From the NCBI GenBank assembly GCA_963827685.1, contig CAWHBU010000003.1, positions 416,001-480,000 on the forward strand: a stretch of 64,000 nucleotides of DNA, given 5' to 3'. The position numbers were made by a program, and so were the translations under genes. The DNA is from an uncultured delta proteobacterium. Lineage in GTDB: Bacteria; Desulfobacterota; BSN033; UBA1163. The notes beneath the pieces are model-generated. The model worked only from the letters and a program-made list of their open reading frames with translations. It made no database searches and was not told the origin of the DNA. Below are positions 1 to 10,695 of the stretch, piece after piece; the first letter of the stretch is position 1, and each line of letters opens with the position of its first letter.

Positions 1-294
1 CGGCCGAAGCGGATTTCCTTTTTGGTCAACGTTGATAACTGTAGCACGCTGGGTGGTCAGCGCGACGGCAGCGATGCTGTCCTTTAAGACACCAGGCTGC
101 TGCCATAAGCCCTGGCAGGCATGACAGACGGCATCCCAGAAGATTTGGGGTCTTTGTTCGGCCAGTCCAGGGGCATCTGAATAGTATGGCTCGATAGACA
201 CGCGCTGCTTGGCAATCAACTTCCCTCGCGGATCGAATAGCAACGCGCGCACGCTCTGAGTGCCATTGTCGATTGCCAGCAAATTCTCAGCCAT
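1..294 (-). CDS. FGGY-family carbohydrate kinase, N-terminal part (runs off window edge)
   Basis: Manual translation from ATG at 294: [21 protein letters not shown]...PGLAEQ...[11 protein letters not shown] (FGGY phosphate-1 motif); GGAG RBS; not in ORF track. Confidence 0.9.
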   Translation of the reverse strand, partial: MAENLLAIDNGTQSVRALLFDPRGKLIAKQRVSIEPYYSDAPGLAEQRPQIFWDAVCHACQGLWQQPGVLKDSIAAVALTTQRATVINVDQKGNPLRP

Positions 295-336
295 CTTTCT
301 CCTCACCTCTTGAAATGAGTTTAAAGACGTTTGGCA

Positions 337-415
337 CAATGAACGATGGACGATGAACAATGAACAAAAAAGATAAATATACGGTTCATCGTTTATCGTT
401 TAATGTTCATCGTCC
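337..415. repeat. Inverted pair of short tandem heptamer arrays (CAATGAA/CGATGAA ... TTCATCG)
   Basis: Directly visible intergenic arrays that can pair with each other. Confidence 0.7.
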
Positions 416-474
416 CTAAAAAACACGGGCATCTTTGCCGCCGCCTTTAGACGGAGCCCTTTTTCTCTAGGTCA

Positions 475-2214
475 TTACTTTCTCAATCCCCAGCGCTTCT
501 TTTTCTGCTCCTCAGTCATATCGAGCGCCAGAGTTCCGCCCGGGTTCATAATCTGATTCGGGTCAAAATGGTTGCGCAACGCGCGGATAACATCGACCCA
601 GTGCTCGCCCACCTGTTCTTCAAACCAGGGTGCGGTCTGCTTCCCGATCCCATGATGATGGCTCACTGCCGCACCTGCCTTCAGGATAGCTTCCAGTATG
701 CCGTACTGCAGGGTAAGGTATTCGTTGATATCTTCGATCCTGGCGACAAAGATGAAATAAAGGTTAGCACCCTGAGGATACGCGTGCGACAGATGGCTCA
801 TACAGATAGTATGCGGCCGGCTCTTAACAAAAGAGCGCACCTTTTCATGTACGTCAGCCATTTGTGACCAGGTGACCGCGCATTCCAAGGTATCGATCAT
901 AATGCCGTAATCCATGAGATCCTCGCGCATGAAGGGATCGGTGAAACGGCTGCGTTCCCATGCCTGTGCGACCCTGAAGGGTGTCAGCGTGAAGGGATGG
1001 TATCTCTTGCATATCTGTCTGACCTTCTTGGCTGCTAACCGGGTGAAATCCGAATCGCCGTCTACAGTCCCCAGAAGCAAGCAGCGCTGCATGGGCTGAT
1101 AGTCGAGCCACCGCAGCAGCGTATCCGCAGGCGTCCCATGAACGTGGTATGTACGCATGGCCACATCCGTCTCTTCCTGATCGGAAAGGCGGAAAATCGA
1201 AGGATAACCGAATTCGGCCTGCATGATCTCACGGCAAGCGTTGCGGGCATCTTCCCAGTTCTTGAACAGGTAGCTGAAGCGCCGGGTATTTTCCGGAGTA
1301 TAGCGACAGACCTTCAGGGTGACGTTAATCAAGAGACCGAAGGTGCCCTCGCTGCCGATCATGATTTGATCGAAATCCGGGCCGGTAGCACTCCGGGGGT
1401 ATTCGGGCGTTCTAAATACGCCGATGGGGGTCACATACTCCTGGGCAATCACCATGTCCTCAATCTTGCCGTAGTAAGTGGAGTTCTGGCCGGCGCCGCG
1501 CGTCACCACCCAGCCGCCTACGCTGGAATGGTCGAAGGATTGGGGGAAGTGTCCGCATGTATAGCGCCTTCTGGCTGCCAGTATCTTTGGGGCATTGTTC
1601 AGGATCCGCTCCAGCTCGGGGCCCCATATGCCTGCCTGTACGGTGACTGTCTGGTTGGCCTCATTGAACGCCACTACTTTATTCAAGTGGACACTCATAT
1701 CGAGGCTGGCTCCTCCCTTGACTGCCTCCTTGCCTCGAGTGACGGATGAGCCACCGCCGTTCACATAGACGGGGATTCGATGTTCATGACAGTAGCGTAC
1801 GATTGCTTCTACGTCCTGCTGGCTGCGCGGGCAAAGGACCGCGTCAGCGATGTTTTCCACAACCCTGTGACGTAAGCGCAGGGCATCGATCGTGCCGGCG
1901 CCGTAAGAAGCGCGTGTGCGGCTGTAAGTATCCGTAAAGAGGTTTTCTCCGCCCACAATCAGGCGCAGTGCCTTAATATGCTCTTCTGACAATCTCGGTG
2001 GAATCTCGACATCGAATGGTTCCATCGAGAGTTTGGGCTTTTTAAAATCATCGTCGCTCATAGCGAGGGCTTCTTTTAACAGCCTGAAGAGGCCACGATT
2101 GGGATGCTTAAAGCCCTTTGGATCGCCGTATTTGATAAGGCTCCGGTAGGACTTGGGTGGAGCCTCTTGCTCGCACCACTGAGGGTAAAACTCGTCCTTT
2201 TTTGCCATCTTCAC
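475..2214 (-). CDS. FAD-binding oxidoreductase, alkyl-DHAP synthase (AGPS)-like
   Basis: GHFPQSF, SSVGGWVVTRGAGQNSTYYGKIED, GSEGTFG, SHHHGIG, DPNQIMNPG motifs of the AGPS/GlcD FAD-oxidase family. Confidence 0.85.
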   Translation of the reverse strand: MKMAKKDEFYPQWCEQEAPPKSYRSLIKYGDPKGFKHPNRGLFRLLKEALAMSDDDFKKPKLSMEPFDVEIPPRLSEEHIKALRLIVGGENLFTDTYSRTRASYGAGTIDALRLRHRVVENIADAVLCPRSQQDVEAIVRYCHEHRIPVYVNGGGSSVTRGKEAVKGGASLDMSVHLNKVVAFNEANQTVTVQAGIWGPELERILNNAPKILAARRRYTCGHFPQSFDHSSVGGWVVTRGAGQNSTYYGKIEDMVIAQEYVTPIGVFRTPEYPRSATGPDFDQIMIGSEGTFGLLINVTLKVCRYTPENTRRFSYLFKNWEDARNACREIMQAEFGYPSIFRLSDQEETDVAMRTYHVHGTPADTLLRWLDYQPMQRCLLLGTVDGDSDFTRLAAKKVRQICKRYHPFTLTPFRVAQAWERSRFTDPFMREDLMDYGIMIDTLECAVTWSQMADVHEKVRSFVKSRPHTICMSHLSHAYPQGANLYFIFVARIEDINEYLTLQYGILEAILKAGAAVSHHHGIGKQTAPWFEEQVGEHWVDVIRALRNHFDPNQIMNPGGTLALDMTEEQKKKRWGLRK

Positions 2215-2331
2215 CTCCCAGATGCGATCAGCGTCCTTTCGCTACAGCATGTTATTGTATTCGATCAACTTGGAAAACCTAAGGTTACTCAGAAACCCGC
2301 TCCGAATCACCTCTGATCAATGCGGAGGCTT

Positions 2332-3918
2332 CTATCCCGGCTTCGTGCTGTAATACCTTTGCCAGGTCTGAAGGTACGCGGCCTCCTCTTGCTGCCAGCG
2401 CTCATCGCTCCATTCAAGTTCAGGCTGGACGATGGTACGGATGCGGCCAAGGAGGTCACCAGCACCGAGGGGTAAAAGCAGACCGAGGCGTACCCTTCGC
2501 AGAAGCAAGTCGTCCAAGTGTTCCACGCCTTCCTCGCGTGCCGCCCAGCGCAGCTCCGCCCATACGTTAGGAAGCTGCCCGATGGGTTCCAGCTCCCCTT
2601 GTTTAGCCGCCGTCAGAAGCCGCGAAGTTTCGTTTCCATGGCGGCCTGCCAGGTAAGCAAGGCGCGAGGGCTCAAGAGAGAACGACGAGAGGTTTGGCAG
2701 CGGGTCGAAGATATGTTCGCGGGTAGCCACCTGCGGCTTACCAAGTCGTGCCAACACCCTATTCATTGTCTGCCCGGACATCACGCGAAAGGTGGTATAC
2801 TTGCCTCCGGTGATCGTGATCAGGCCGTTCTCTTCCCACAGGGCATGGGCGCGCGATTCTTTAGAAGGGGTTGCCGCGCCGGTATGAATCACCGGGCGGA
2901 GGCCCGAGAAGGAGGACACGATATCCTTTTCGCTTAAACCGAGGCTCGGGAACAGGAGCGAGAGTGCTTCCATCATGTAGCTAATCTCTTCCTCGCTGGC
3001 GAAAGGTTCGAGGTATCTCTTGTCAAGAGTAGGATCGTGGTCAATATCGGTGGTGCCAATGATGGTAGTTCCTTCCCAGGGTATGACGAACATGGCGCGG
3101 CCGTCTCGCGGATGGAAGAGGGTCAGCGCCTGGTCGACAGGAAGCTTGGCTCGTCCAAATACAAGATGGCTTCCGCGCAGCCTGCGCAATCGCGCGGGGT
3201 GTCCTAACTGGTTACGAACCTCGTCGGACCAGGCCCCGGAGGCATTAACCACAACCTTTGCTTTCACCTCGACAGTATTTCTACCCGGAGATGCCCTATC
3301 TCTAAGCAGAGCCCCGCAAACCTGGCCATCACCGGTTCTTAATAGTCTCTCTGCCCTGGTGTAGTTTAGTGCTACACCACCTGCTTGGACTGCCTCACGC
3401 AAAACACGCAATAAAACGCGGGCGTCGTCCATGGCCGCGTCGTAGTACTGGAAACCTCCAACGAGTCCGTTCGCATTCAGGAATGGGCAGGCTTCCAACA
3501 GTTTGATCAGGCTGTACCTGTGGTGGTTCCACTTCGGCGCCAGCAAATCATAAATCATCACGCCTAAACCGAGCTTCCAGGAAGGGAAATGATAGCGCTC
3601 GAAGTTCGGCAGCAGGAAGCTGAGGGGAGTGACCAGATTTGGCGCTTCACGGAGCATCCACTCCCGTTCACGCACGGATTCCTTGGTGACGTTTATCTGC
3701 TTGTTGCGCAGGTAGCGAAAGCCGCCGTGAATCAGTTTGGATGAACGGCTGGAAGTGCCAAAGGCGAAGTCGTTCGCTTCGACAAGCAGAGCCTTCAGCC
3801 CTGCTGCCACCGCCTGGCGCAGTACTCCGGCACCGGTGATACCGCCCCCAATAATGATCAGATCCCATGGTTGATCAATCGCGGACCAGATGTGGTCGCG
3901 CCACCCTTTGTGCCACAT
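2332..3918 (-). CDS. glpD: FAD-dependent glycerol-3-phosphate dehydrogenase/oxidase
   Basis: IIGGGITGAG, GTSSRSSKLIHGGFRYL, ITGGKYTT; start placed at MWHKGW (3918) after a GGAG RBS. Confidence 0.85.
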   Translation of the reverse strand: MWHKGWRDHIWSAIDQPWDLIIIGGGITGAGVLRQAVAAGLKALLVEANDFAFGTSSRSSKLIHGGFRYLRNKQINVTKESVREREWMLREAPNLVTPLSFLLPNFERYHFPSWKLGLGVMIYDLLAPKWNHHRYSLIKLLEACPFLNANGLVGGFQYYDAAMDDARVLLRVLREAVQAGGVALNYTRAERLLRTGDGQVCGALLRDRASPGRNTVEVKAKVVVNASGAWSDEVRNQLGHPARLRRLRGSHLVFGRAKLPVDQALTLFHPRDGRAMFVIPWEGTTIIGTTDIDHDPTLDKRYLEPFASEEEISYMMEALSLLFPSLGLSEKDIVSSFSGLRPVIHTGAATPSKESRAHALWEENGLITITGGKYTTFRVMSGQTMNRVLARLGKPQVATREHIFDPLPNLSSFSLEPSRLAYLAGRHGNETSRLLTAAKQGELEPIGQLPNVWAELRWAAREEGVEHLDDLLLRRVRLGLLLPLGAGDLLGRIRTIVQPELEWSDERWQQEEAAYLQTWQRYYSTKPG

Positions 3919-4427
3919 CGAAGACTCCTTTTGAAAAAGCACTGTCTTGGATTGCGAGTCAGCCCTATATGCGGGACTCCTCGATATGCCATCCTTATTC
4001 CCGTTAAGAGGGAGAAATCCATTCGTGTTAGATAGTGATTTTAGCTTATTCCTATAGACACAGATTGTCAATCGCATAAGGCATAAGAATCAAATACTAT
4101 GCTTATCGCATCGATCTGTGACCTCACTCCGTCGACTATCGCTTGAAATGCTGCACTGTGTGGTGGGATTTAAGAATCACAAGATAGGCAGAATCCAAGA
4201 AGCGCCTGTTTGTTACCTACAGCGCCTACGAATCATTGCTGCAAATCATATTCCACAATCGAACATTACGGATTGAAATGTTGAATCATAAGACGAAGCT
4301 GTAAAGACAATATTTCAGGAAGCAACATTCTCCCTGAAGGCACTTCATGGTTCCAGAGGTTGGCACCATATTTGGTATGGTTTGTCATCTGGGGTATCAA
4401 CTTTTATCAAATCTAATATTTTTGAAT

Positions 4428-4448
4428 CCCTGCCTGCGGCAGGTAGGG
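4428..4448. repeat. Small palindrome CCCTGCCTGCGGCAGGTAGGG (CCTRCC...GGYAGG family)
   Basis: Similar to 18026-18045 and 27661-27694. Confidence 0.6.
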
Positions 4449-4484
4449 CAGCCGGGTGCTGTCTTCAATGTGCGATGTTCTGAT

Positions 4485-5264
4485 TCATCTTTTCTTTTTC
4501 TTTTGGTTTCTGTCATAGATAATTCTTAGACCTTCGAGGGTCAGAAATTCATTGACCTCATCGATCGTTTCTGATTCATTACCAATCAGTTCTGCCAGTC
4601 CCCCTGTTGCAATCACTTTGGGATTTGATCTCACCTCTTTCTTCATTCTTCTGACAATCTCGTCGACGAGGCCTACATAGCCGAAAAAGATACCGGACTG
4701 CATACTGTGAACGGTATTCTTTCCGATGACCTTTTTCGGTTTTACGATCTCTACTCGTGGCAGTTTGGAAGTCCTCTGAAACAATGCTTCTGCCGAAATC
4801 CCAATCCCCGGTGCGATGGCGCCACCCATATATTCACCTCTGGGGGAGACATAATCGAAGGTAGTCGCTGTCCCAAAGTCCACGACGATCAGACTCTTCT
4901 TATGTCGCTCGTAGGCGGCGACAGCATTGACGATCCGGTCTGCTCCCACCTCCAGAGGATTCTCGTAGGCGATGACCATTCCCGTATCAACGCCCGGTCC
5001 AACGATCAGCGGCTCGACATGAAAATATTTTTCAGCCATCCCCTGCAGCATGTCCAAAACCGGAGGGACCACCGAGGAGATGATCAACCCTTCGAAATCT
5101 CCCATATTAAGCTGATCGAATTGGAACAGATCCCGAAACATGATTCCCCATTCATCAGCCGTCTTTCCCTTTTCTGTCCAAATCCGCCAATGATCGACCA
5201 AGACCTCCCCATCATAAACTCCCAAGACCGTATTCGTATTCCCAACGTCAATGACAAGCAGCAT
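4485..5264 (-). CDS. coaX: Type III pantothenate kinase
   Basis: [31 protein letters not shown]; start at MLLVID after AGGAGG. Confidence 0.95.
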   Translation of the reverse strand: MLLVIDVGNTNTVLGVYDGEVLVDHWRIWTEKGKTADEWGIMFRDLFQFDQLNMGDFEGLIISSVVPPVLDMLQGMAEKYFHVEPLIVGPGVDTGMVIAYENPLEVGADRIVNAVAAYERHKKSLIVVDFGTATTFDYVSPRGEYMGGAIAPGIGISAEALFQRTSKLPRVEIVKPKKVIGKNTVHSMQSGIFFGYVGLVDEIVRRMKKEVRSNPKVIATGGLAELIGNESETIDEVNEFLTLEGLRIIYDRNQKKKKR

Positions 5265-5326
5265 AGAACCTCCTTTTTCGTGTCCGTGTCTCGTGTCGCG
5301 TGTCCGAAACTCATAACTCATAATTC

Positions 5327-6310
5327 TTAACTCTTAACTTTTTCTTTATAATCAATATCTCCTGCCACCACTCTTCGTCGTTTCCCATTCCCTATTTCTA
5401 AGATCAAAGCTCCATCTGAATCCACATCGATCGCAACGCCGGCCACTGTCTCCCCAAAGGAAGTGACTTTGACTTGTCTCCCCTTGATGTGAGCCCGATC
5501 TCTCCAAGCCTTCAGAACAACGGCGCCGCCTCCCTCCAAGAAGATCGAATACCATGTTTCCAGTTCTTGCAAAAATAATTGCAGAAAAGTTTTTCTCGAA
5601 ACCGTCTGACCCATTTCTATTTTTAACGAGGTGGCGATACCACGAATCTCGTTTGAAAACATCTTCTCGTCCGTATTGAGGTTGACACCGATCCCGAGGA
5701 TCACAAAATGGATGCGGTCCATCTCCGAATGGATCTCATTGAGGAGCCCGGCTACTTTTCGATTTCGGAGAAGGATATCATTGGGCCATTTGATCAATGG
5801 ACGGAGTCCGGAAAACTTCTGGATGGTGTCTGCTGTAGCGACGGCCGCCATCAGGGTGTTAAGGGAGGCTTGATGGGGTGAGATCTTTGGCCGAAGGATG
5901 ACAGAAAGATAAAGATTTAGATAAGGAGGAGAAAACCATTGCCTTCCCAGCCTCCCCCTTCCCTTTTCCTGCGACTCCGAGACGACCACCTCTCCTTCCT
6001 CAGCACCATTCAGGGCCAATTGGTAGGCTTTCGAATTGGTGGAATCAAGGGTCTGAAAATAATGGATCGTCTTTCCCATCCACTTCGTCCTCAGAAGGGG
6101 TTTGACCTCCGACGGAGTGAGAAGGTCCGGTGATTGAATCAAACGGTACCCTGATCGTGTCGAAGCCTCAATCTCATAGCCCACCGTCCTAAGCCGCTCT
6201 ATTCTCTTCCACACGGCCGTGCGGCTAACTTTTAAACGACGGCTGATCTCTTCACCCGAAAGAAAGGCTGAGGAATGATCTCTAAGGAGTTGAAGGATTT
6301 CTTCATCCAT
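5327..6310 (-). CDS. birA: Bifunctional biotin ligase/repressor
   Basis: N-terminal HTH ([18 protein letters not shown]), [17 protein letters not shown]. Confidence 0.95.
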   Translation of the reverse strand: MDEEILQLLRDHSSAFLSGEEISRRLKVSRTAVWKRIERLRTVGYEIEASTRSGYRLIQSPDLLTPSEVKPLLRTKWMGKTIHYFQTLDSTNSKAYQLALNGAEEGEVVVSESQEKGRGRLGRQWFSPPYLNLYLSVILRPKISPHQASLNTLMAAVATADTIQKFSGLRPLIKWPNDILLRNRKVAGLLNEIHSEMDRIHFVILGIGVNLNTDEKMFSNEIRGIATSLKIEMGQTVSRKTFLQLFLQELETWYSIFLEGGGAVVLKAWRDRAHIKGRQVKVTSFGETVAGVAIDVDSDGALILEIGNGKRRRVVAGDIDYKEKVKS

Positions 6311-6322
6311 GATTGATCCCTA

Positions 6323-6415
6323 AGGGTTCAAGGGGTCGAGAGTTCCAGGATTCGAGGAAATGCGAGAAAAGATTTTTGCTTGACCGCTAGACCCCTTGAA
6401 TCCTTGACCCCTTTT
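6323..6415. repeat. Inverted degenerate octamer arrays (GGGTTCAA/GGGTCGAG ... CTTGACCC)
   Basis: Visible between fusA and birA. Confidence 0.6.
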
Positions 6416-6429
6416 AACCCGTCCTGTTT

Positions 6430-8469
6430 TTACGAAATCACTTTGTCATAGCGGGAAAATTGCATGGAGAAGGTTCCTCTTCCCTGGGTGAGGGATCTCA
6501 AATCGGTTGAGTAACCGAACATTCGAGTCAGGGGAGAGATGGCTTTGATCAGGGTGACCTTACCTTTTGGGGCAATGGCTTCGACAGAACTTTTTCTTGC
6601 CTTCAAATCCCCTACGACTTCCCCCATGAACTCTTCAGGAACAATAATATTGACCTCCATCATCGGTTCCATCAGGACAGGTTGGGCCTTTCGGCAACCT
6701 TCTCGCAAGGCGTTGGAAGAGGCAACCTTGAGAGCGAGCATGGATGGATGATCCGAATCAATATTCGCTTTTAACAAAGTGACCCGCAGATCTGTCATGG
6801 GATAACCCAAAATCACTCCCACCGTTGAGGACTCTCGAATGCCTTCTTCAACAGAGAGAAGCCCTTCGGCTGGCAGGGCTCCCTCCGGTACTTCCGAGTG
6901 GAACTCAATTCCCTTTCCCCGTCCATTGGGTGAAATCCGTAAAAAGACTTCTGCAAAATGTTTGACCTCATCCATCTCTTTCATAAATTTGGCTGAGGCC
7001 TCTACCTGCTTTTCTATGGTCTCCCGATAGACAACCTGAGGTCTTCCCACATTCACTTCCAAATGGTATTCGGTCAGGAGGCGATTGACCACCACATCCA
7101 GATGCAACTCCCCCATCCCTGAGAGGATGATCTGACCCGTATCTTCATCAAACCTGACATGGAAAGTGGGATCTTCTTCACTCAGCTTCTCAAGAGATTC
7201 GGTCAGTTTCTCTTGATCTTTGCTTGTTCTGGATTCCACAGCAATGGACATGACAGGTTTATAAAAATCGATGGGCTCAAGAAGAATCGCGTGACTCCGA
7301 TCGCAGAGGGTGTCTCCTGTGGTGGTTTCTTTCAATCCCATGACCGCCACGATCTCTCCTGCCTTTGCTTCTTCCACCCGGGTGCGCTGGTGGGCATGCA
7401 TCTGAAAGATTCTTGAAATCTTCTCACCCCTCTTCAGGCGCGGGTTATAAACCTCCGTTCCCACTTTGAGCACACCGGAGTAAATCCGGATATAGATCAA
7501 TTTCCTGCCCTCATCCATCATCACCTTGAAGGCTAAGGCGCTGAATGACTCTTCGTCCTTAGCCATTCTGATCTCCCCTTCTCCTGTCACAGGGTTTGTC
7601 CCTGCCACCGGTGGGATATCGAGGGGAGAAGGAAGATAGTCCACAATCGCATCCATGAGGGGCTGAATCCCCTGATTTCTCAATGCCGCACCACAGAGGA
7701 CCGGCACGGCTTTCATCGAGATGGTGGCTCTTCGCAGGCCTGCTTTCATTTCAGATTCTGAAATCTCTTCCCCGTTAACATATTTTTCCGTCAGCTGTTC
7801 GTCTAACTCGGCGATGGATTCGATCAGCTTGGAACGATGAAGGAAGGCTTCTTTCTCCATTTCTTTTGGAATAGATATTTCTTTGAATTCAGTACCTAGA
7901 CTATGCTCATCCCAAGCAATTCCTTTGGACCGAATAAGATCGATCACTCCGATAAACCGATCTTCCGCACCAATGGGAATCTGTGTGATCAGGGGATTGG
8001 CTCCCAGGCGCTCAACCATCATCTTCACTGTTCCAAAGAAATCCGATCCGATTCGATCCATCTTATTGACGAAGGCCATTTTCGGAACCCGATACTTGTC
8101 TGCCTGGTGCCATACGGTCTCGGATTGGGGTTCCACTCCTTCGACTGCACTGAAGATCGCGATCGTGCCGTCCAAAACCCGGAGCGAGCGTTCCACTTCA
8201 ATGGTGAAGTCCACATGACCGGGGGTATCGATGATATGAATGGTGTTCCCTTTCCATTCGACCGTCGTGACAGCAGAGGTGATAGTAATTCCCCTTTCCT
8301 GCTCCTGTTGCATCCAATCCATGGTGGCTGTCCCATCATCCACCTCTCCCATGCGGTGGGTCTTCTTCGTGTAAAAAAGGACCCTTTCCGTGACGGTGGT
8401 CTTTCCCGCATCGATGTGGGCCATGAAGCCAATATTTCTGGTTCGGGCGAGCCTTTTTTCTCCGGCCAT
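6430..8469 (-). CDS. fusA: Elongation factor G paralogue
   Basis: [30 protein letters not shown]; not in an rpsL-rpsG-tuf operon; domain IV divergent. Confidence 0.92.
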   Translation of the reverse strand: MAGEKRLARTRNIGFMAHIDAGKTTVTERVLFYTKKTHRMGEVDDGTATMDWMQQEQERGITITSAVTTVEWKGNTIHIIDTPGHVDFTIEVERSLRVLDGTIAIFSAVEGVEPQSETVWHQADKYRVPKMAFVNKMDRIGSDFFGTVKMMVERLGANPLITQIPIGAEDRFIGVIDLIRSKGIAWDEHSLGTEFKEISIPKEMEKEAFLHRSKLIESIAELDEQLTEKYVNGEEISESEMKAGLRRATISMKAVPVLCGAALRNQGIQPLMDAIVDYLPSPLDIPPVAGTNPVTGEGEIRMAKDEESFSALAFKVMMDEGRKLIYIRIYSGVLKVGTEVYNPRLKRGEKISRIFQMHAHQRTRVEEAKAGEIVAVMGLKETTTGDTLCDRSHAILLEPIDFYKPVMSIAVESRTSKDQEKLTESLEKLSEEDPTFHVRFDEDTGQIILSGMGELHLDVVVNRLLTEYHLEVNVGRPQVVYRETIEKQVEASAKFMKEMDEVKHFAEVFLRISPNGRGKGIEFHSEVPEGALPAEGLLSVEEGIRESSTVGVILGYPMTDLRVTLLKANIDSDHPSMLALKVASSNALREGCRKAQPVLMEPMMEVNIIVPEEFMGEVVGDLKARKSSVEAIAPKGKVTLIKAISPLTRMFGYSTDLRSLTQGRGTFSMQFSRYDKVIS

Positions 8470-8507
8470 CTCTCTTCTCTATATTTGTACGAAAATATAT
8501 CTTGGCA

Positions 8508-8536
8508 ATATTAAAGAGATTTTTATGAAAAGTCAA
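8508..8536 (-). promoter_or_regulatory. Sigma-70-type promoter for fusA
   Basis: TTGACT-17 nt-TAATAT on minus strand. Confidence 0.6.
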
Positions 8537-8798
8537 CCCTTCGACTGGTTGTCTTCGACGGGTTGTGCACATTGGTTCCAACACCCATACGGAATCCCCC
8601 GGGAATGCATGGAGCCAGTTGTTCATCGATTTAAAACAGCCTCATGAAGCCCCGAAAAGGGGTCCCCTGAGGTAACAAGAACCATCCATTCCCCTCAGCC
8701 CAGAAGGGATAAGGAAGAATCGGGGGTAAGCTGGGCCAGATCCTCCTTGACAGACCTGCTGTTTTATGTTCTATATAATACCAGTTGGGGAGATAAAA

Positions 8799-8843
8799 AT
8801 GTTTAACTTTTATTTTTTTTATTTCGTTGGCCGTCACCCATAA
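8799..8843 (+). CDS. Phe/Tyr-rich leader peptide MFNFYFFYFVGRHP
   Basis: GGGGAG RBS at 8787; 5 Phe and 2 Tyr in codons 2-9; followed by alternative hairpins. Confidence 0.75.
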   Translation: MFNFYFFYFVGRHP

Positions 8844-8942
8844 ATCCAATCCCGATGACGGGATGGAAGCCATGGGTGACTCTTAAGGCCCCATGGCTTT
8901 TTCATTTTTAGTAGCCATAGGGGCAACCCTGTGGCTTTTTTA
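8833..8942 (+). terminator. Attenuator: antiterminator pairing and two tandem intrinsic terminators
   Basis: GTCACCCAT (8833-8841) pairs with ATGGGTGAC (8872-8880); AAGCCATGGG...CCCATGGCTT plus T-run; AGCCATAGGG-GCAA-CCCTGTGGCT plus T-run. Confidence 0.75.
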
Positions 8943-8983
8943 TGTTTTGAGGCAGAGGGGATTAAGAAAGGAGAATTTCAGAC

Positions 8984-10177
8984 ATGGCCATTTCAAAGAA
9001 AGTGAAGAATTCATTGAATAATGCCTCCTGGGTGAGGCGGATGTTTGAAGAGGGGGAAGAGTTAAAACGAATTTATGGTGAGGAAAACGTTTATGATTTC
9101 TCTCTCGGAAACCCAAACCTCGAACCTCCTGCTTCGCTGAAGAGGGCATTGAAAGCCCTTGTCGATCGTCCCATCCCAGGCATGCATCGATACATGCCGA
9201 ACTCCGGTTATAGCGATACGAGAAAGACCATCGCCGAATATCTGAAAGAAGAATCAGGGCTTCCTTTCGATGAAAAGCATGTCGTGATGACCGTGGGTGC
9301 TGCCGGTGGACTCAATGTTGTCTTAAAGTCAATCTTAGATGAGGGGGAAGAGGTCATCGTCCCTTCCCCTTATTTTATGGAATTCAAATTTTACATCGAG
9401 AATAGTGGGGGTGAAATCCGATTGGTCGAAACCAATGGTGATTTCTCGCTCAACCTTTCGGAGATTGAGAAGGCGATTGGAGTGAAGACCAAAGCCATCC
9501 TGATCAATTCACCTAATAATCCCACGGGCGTTGTTTATGACCAAGCCTCTTTTGAAAAATTGGGGGGGGTGTTAAAGAGGAAAAGTCAGGAGATAGGGAA
9601 AACCCTCTACCTCATCACGGATGAAGCCTATAGACGAATCGTCTACGATCAGATCAAGCTTCCCATCATCTTTCGTCACTACCCCCATACGATTCGTGTC
9701 ACCTCTCATTCCAAGGATCTTTCTCTCCCTGGAGAAAGGATCGGTTATGTCGCGGTCAGTCCCCTTTGTGAAGAAGTCGACGAGCTGATCTCCGCGATGG
9801 TCTTTGCTAACCGAATTCTCGGTTTTGTCAATGCCCCGGCATTGATGCAGAGGTTAGTGGCTCCCCTCCAAAAGAACTCGGTCAACGTCAGAGAATATGA
9901 AGAAAGGCGGGATTTCTTTTACAATTCTTTAACCACCTTTGGCTATGAAGTGGTTAAACCTCAAGGGGCTTTCTACCTCTTTCCCAAAGCTCCCATTGAA
10001 GACGATGTGGCCTTCGTCAAAGAGCTTCAATCAAAAAGGATCCTGACTGTTCCGGGGAGGGGTTTTGGAAAACCCGGTTATTTCAGAATTGCCTATGCGG
10101 TCGATAAGAGTGTGATTGAAGGAGCACTTCCCGGGTTCAAAGAGGTGGCAGAAAAATACAGGGCTTGGAAAAGATGA
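8984..10177 (+). CDS. Class I PLP-dependent aminotransferase (aspartate/aromatic/prephenate)
   Basis: INSPNNPTG, DEAY, SHSKDLSLPGERIG. Confidence 0.9.
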   Translation: MAISKKVKNSLNNASWVRRMFEEGEELKRIYGEENVYDFSLGNPNLEPPASLKRALKALVDRPIPGMHRYMPNSGYSDTRKTIAEYLKEESGLPFDEKHVVMTVGAAGGLNVVLKSILDEGEEVIVPSPYFMEFKFYIENSGGEIRLVETNGDFSLNLSEIEKAIGVKTKAILINSPNNPTGVVYDQASFEKLGGVLKRKSQEIGKTLYLITDEAYRRIVYDQIKLPIIFRHYPHTIRVTSHSKDLSLPGERIGYVAVSPLCEEVDELISAMVFANRILGFVNAPALMQRLVAPLQKNSVNVREYEERRDFFYNSLTTFGYEVVKPQGAFYLFPKAPIEDDVAFVKELQSKRILTVPGRGFGKPGYFRIAYAVDKSVIEGALPGFKEVAEKYRAWKR

Positions 10178-10369
10178 ACTGACTCTTGTCCATCACTCCC
10201 CATTTCCTACTTCCCATTTTATGTTTCAAGAACTCCCAAAGGGGCCTCCACTTAATGGATATGATCAACTATTTTTGAGACAAAAAAGGGCACATTTTCC
10301 CCCCTATCAAGAATCTTCATTTTTTGAAAAACCTTGCAAAATCCAATAGGTTCGACGAATACCTTCCTT

Positions 10370-10385
10370 TGGCACTGTATTTGCT
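10370..10385 (+). promoter_or_regulatory. Sigma-54 promoter
   Basis: TGGCAC-TGTAT-TTGCT, consensus -24/-12. Confidence 0.85.
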
Positions 10386-10416
10386 CGATAAGAATATATT
10401 CTCTATACATATTGGG

Positions 10417-10632
10417 CGATAAAGCCAAACTCCGAGCAATCGGAAGACGTCTGCCCGCCGTAATTGGTAGACGGTCCAGTCTTCCAAAGATGGAGTAGGC
10501 GGGGAAAGCCGCGCCTGTGTGCCGAAACGGAATACCGCATGTGGGAGTCCCTCTAAGCCGAAATGCCTACCTACCGTTTGCAGGCACTAAGGCGTGCGGG
10601 CACGGGTCCCCTTGGGATAGCCTGGTTGCCGA
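10417..10632 (+). ncRNA. c-di-GMP-I (GEMM-I) riboswitch aptamer interrupted by two hairpin insertions
   Basis: Removing 10450-10503 and about 10511-10601 gives CGATAAAGCCAAAC-TCCGA-GCAA-TCGGA-AGACG-GAAAGCC-ACGGGTCCC-CTT-GGGATAGCCTGGTTGCCGA, matching the deltaproteobacterial GEMM-I pattern. Confidence 0.7.
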
Positions 10633-10660
10633 GGCAACAGATATTACAGATATCAGCGAA

Positions 10661-10695
10661 AGGGCCTGTGGTCTAAATCAACCATGGCCTTTTTT
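10661..10695 (+). terminator. Intrinsic terminator (riboswitch expression platform)
   Basis: GGCCTGTGGT...ACCATGGCC followed by a T-run. Confidence 0.7.

Noticed and set aside
4360-4377. TGGCAC-N5-TTGGT sigma-54-like site
   Set aside because: The -12 GC is replaced by GG and no plus-strand gene follows
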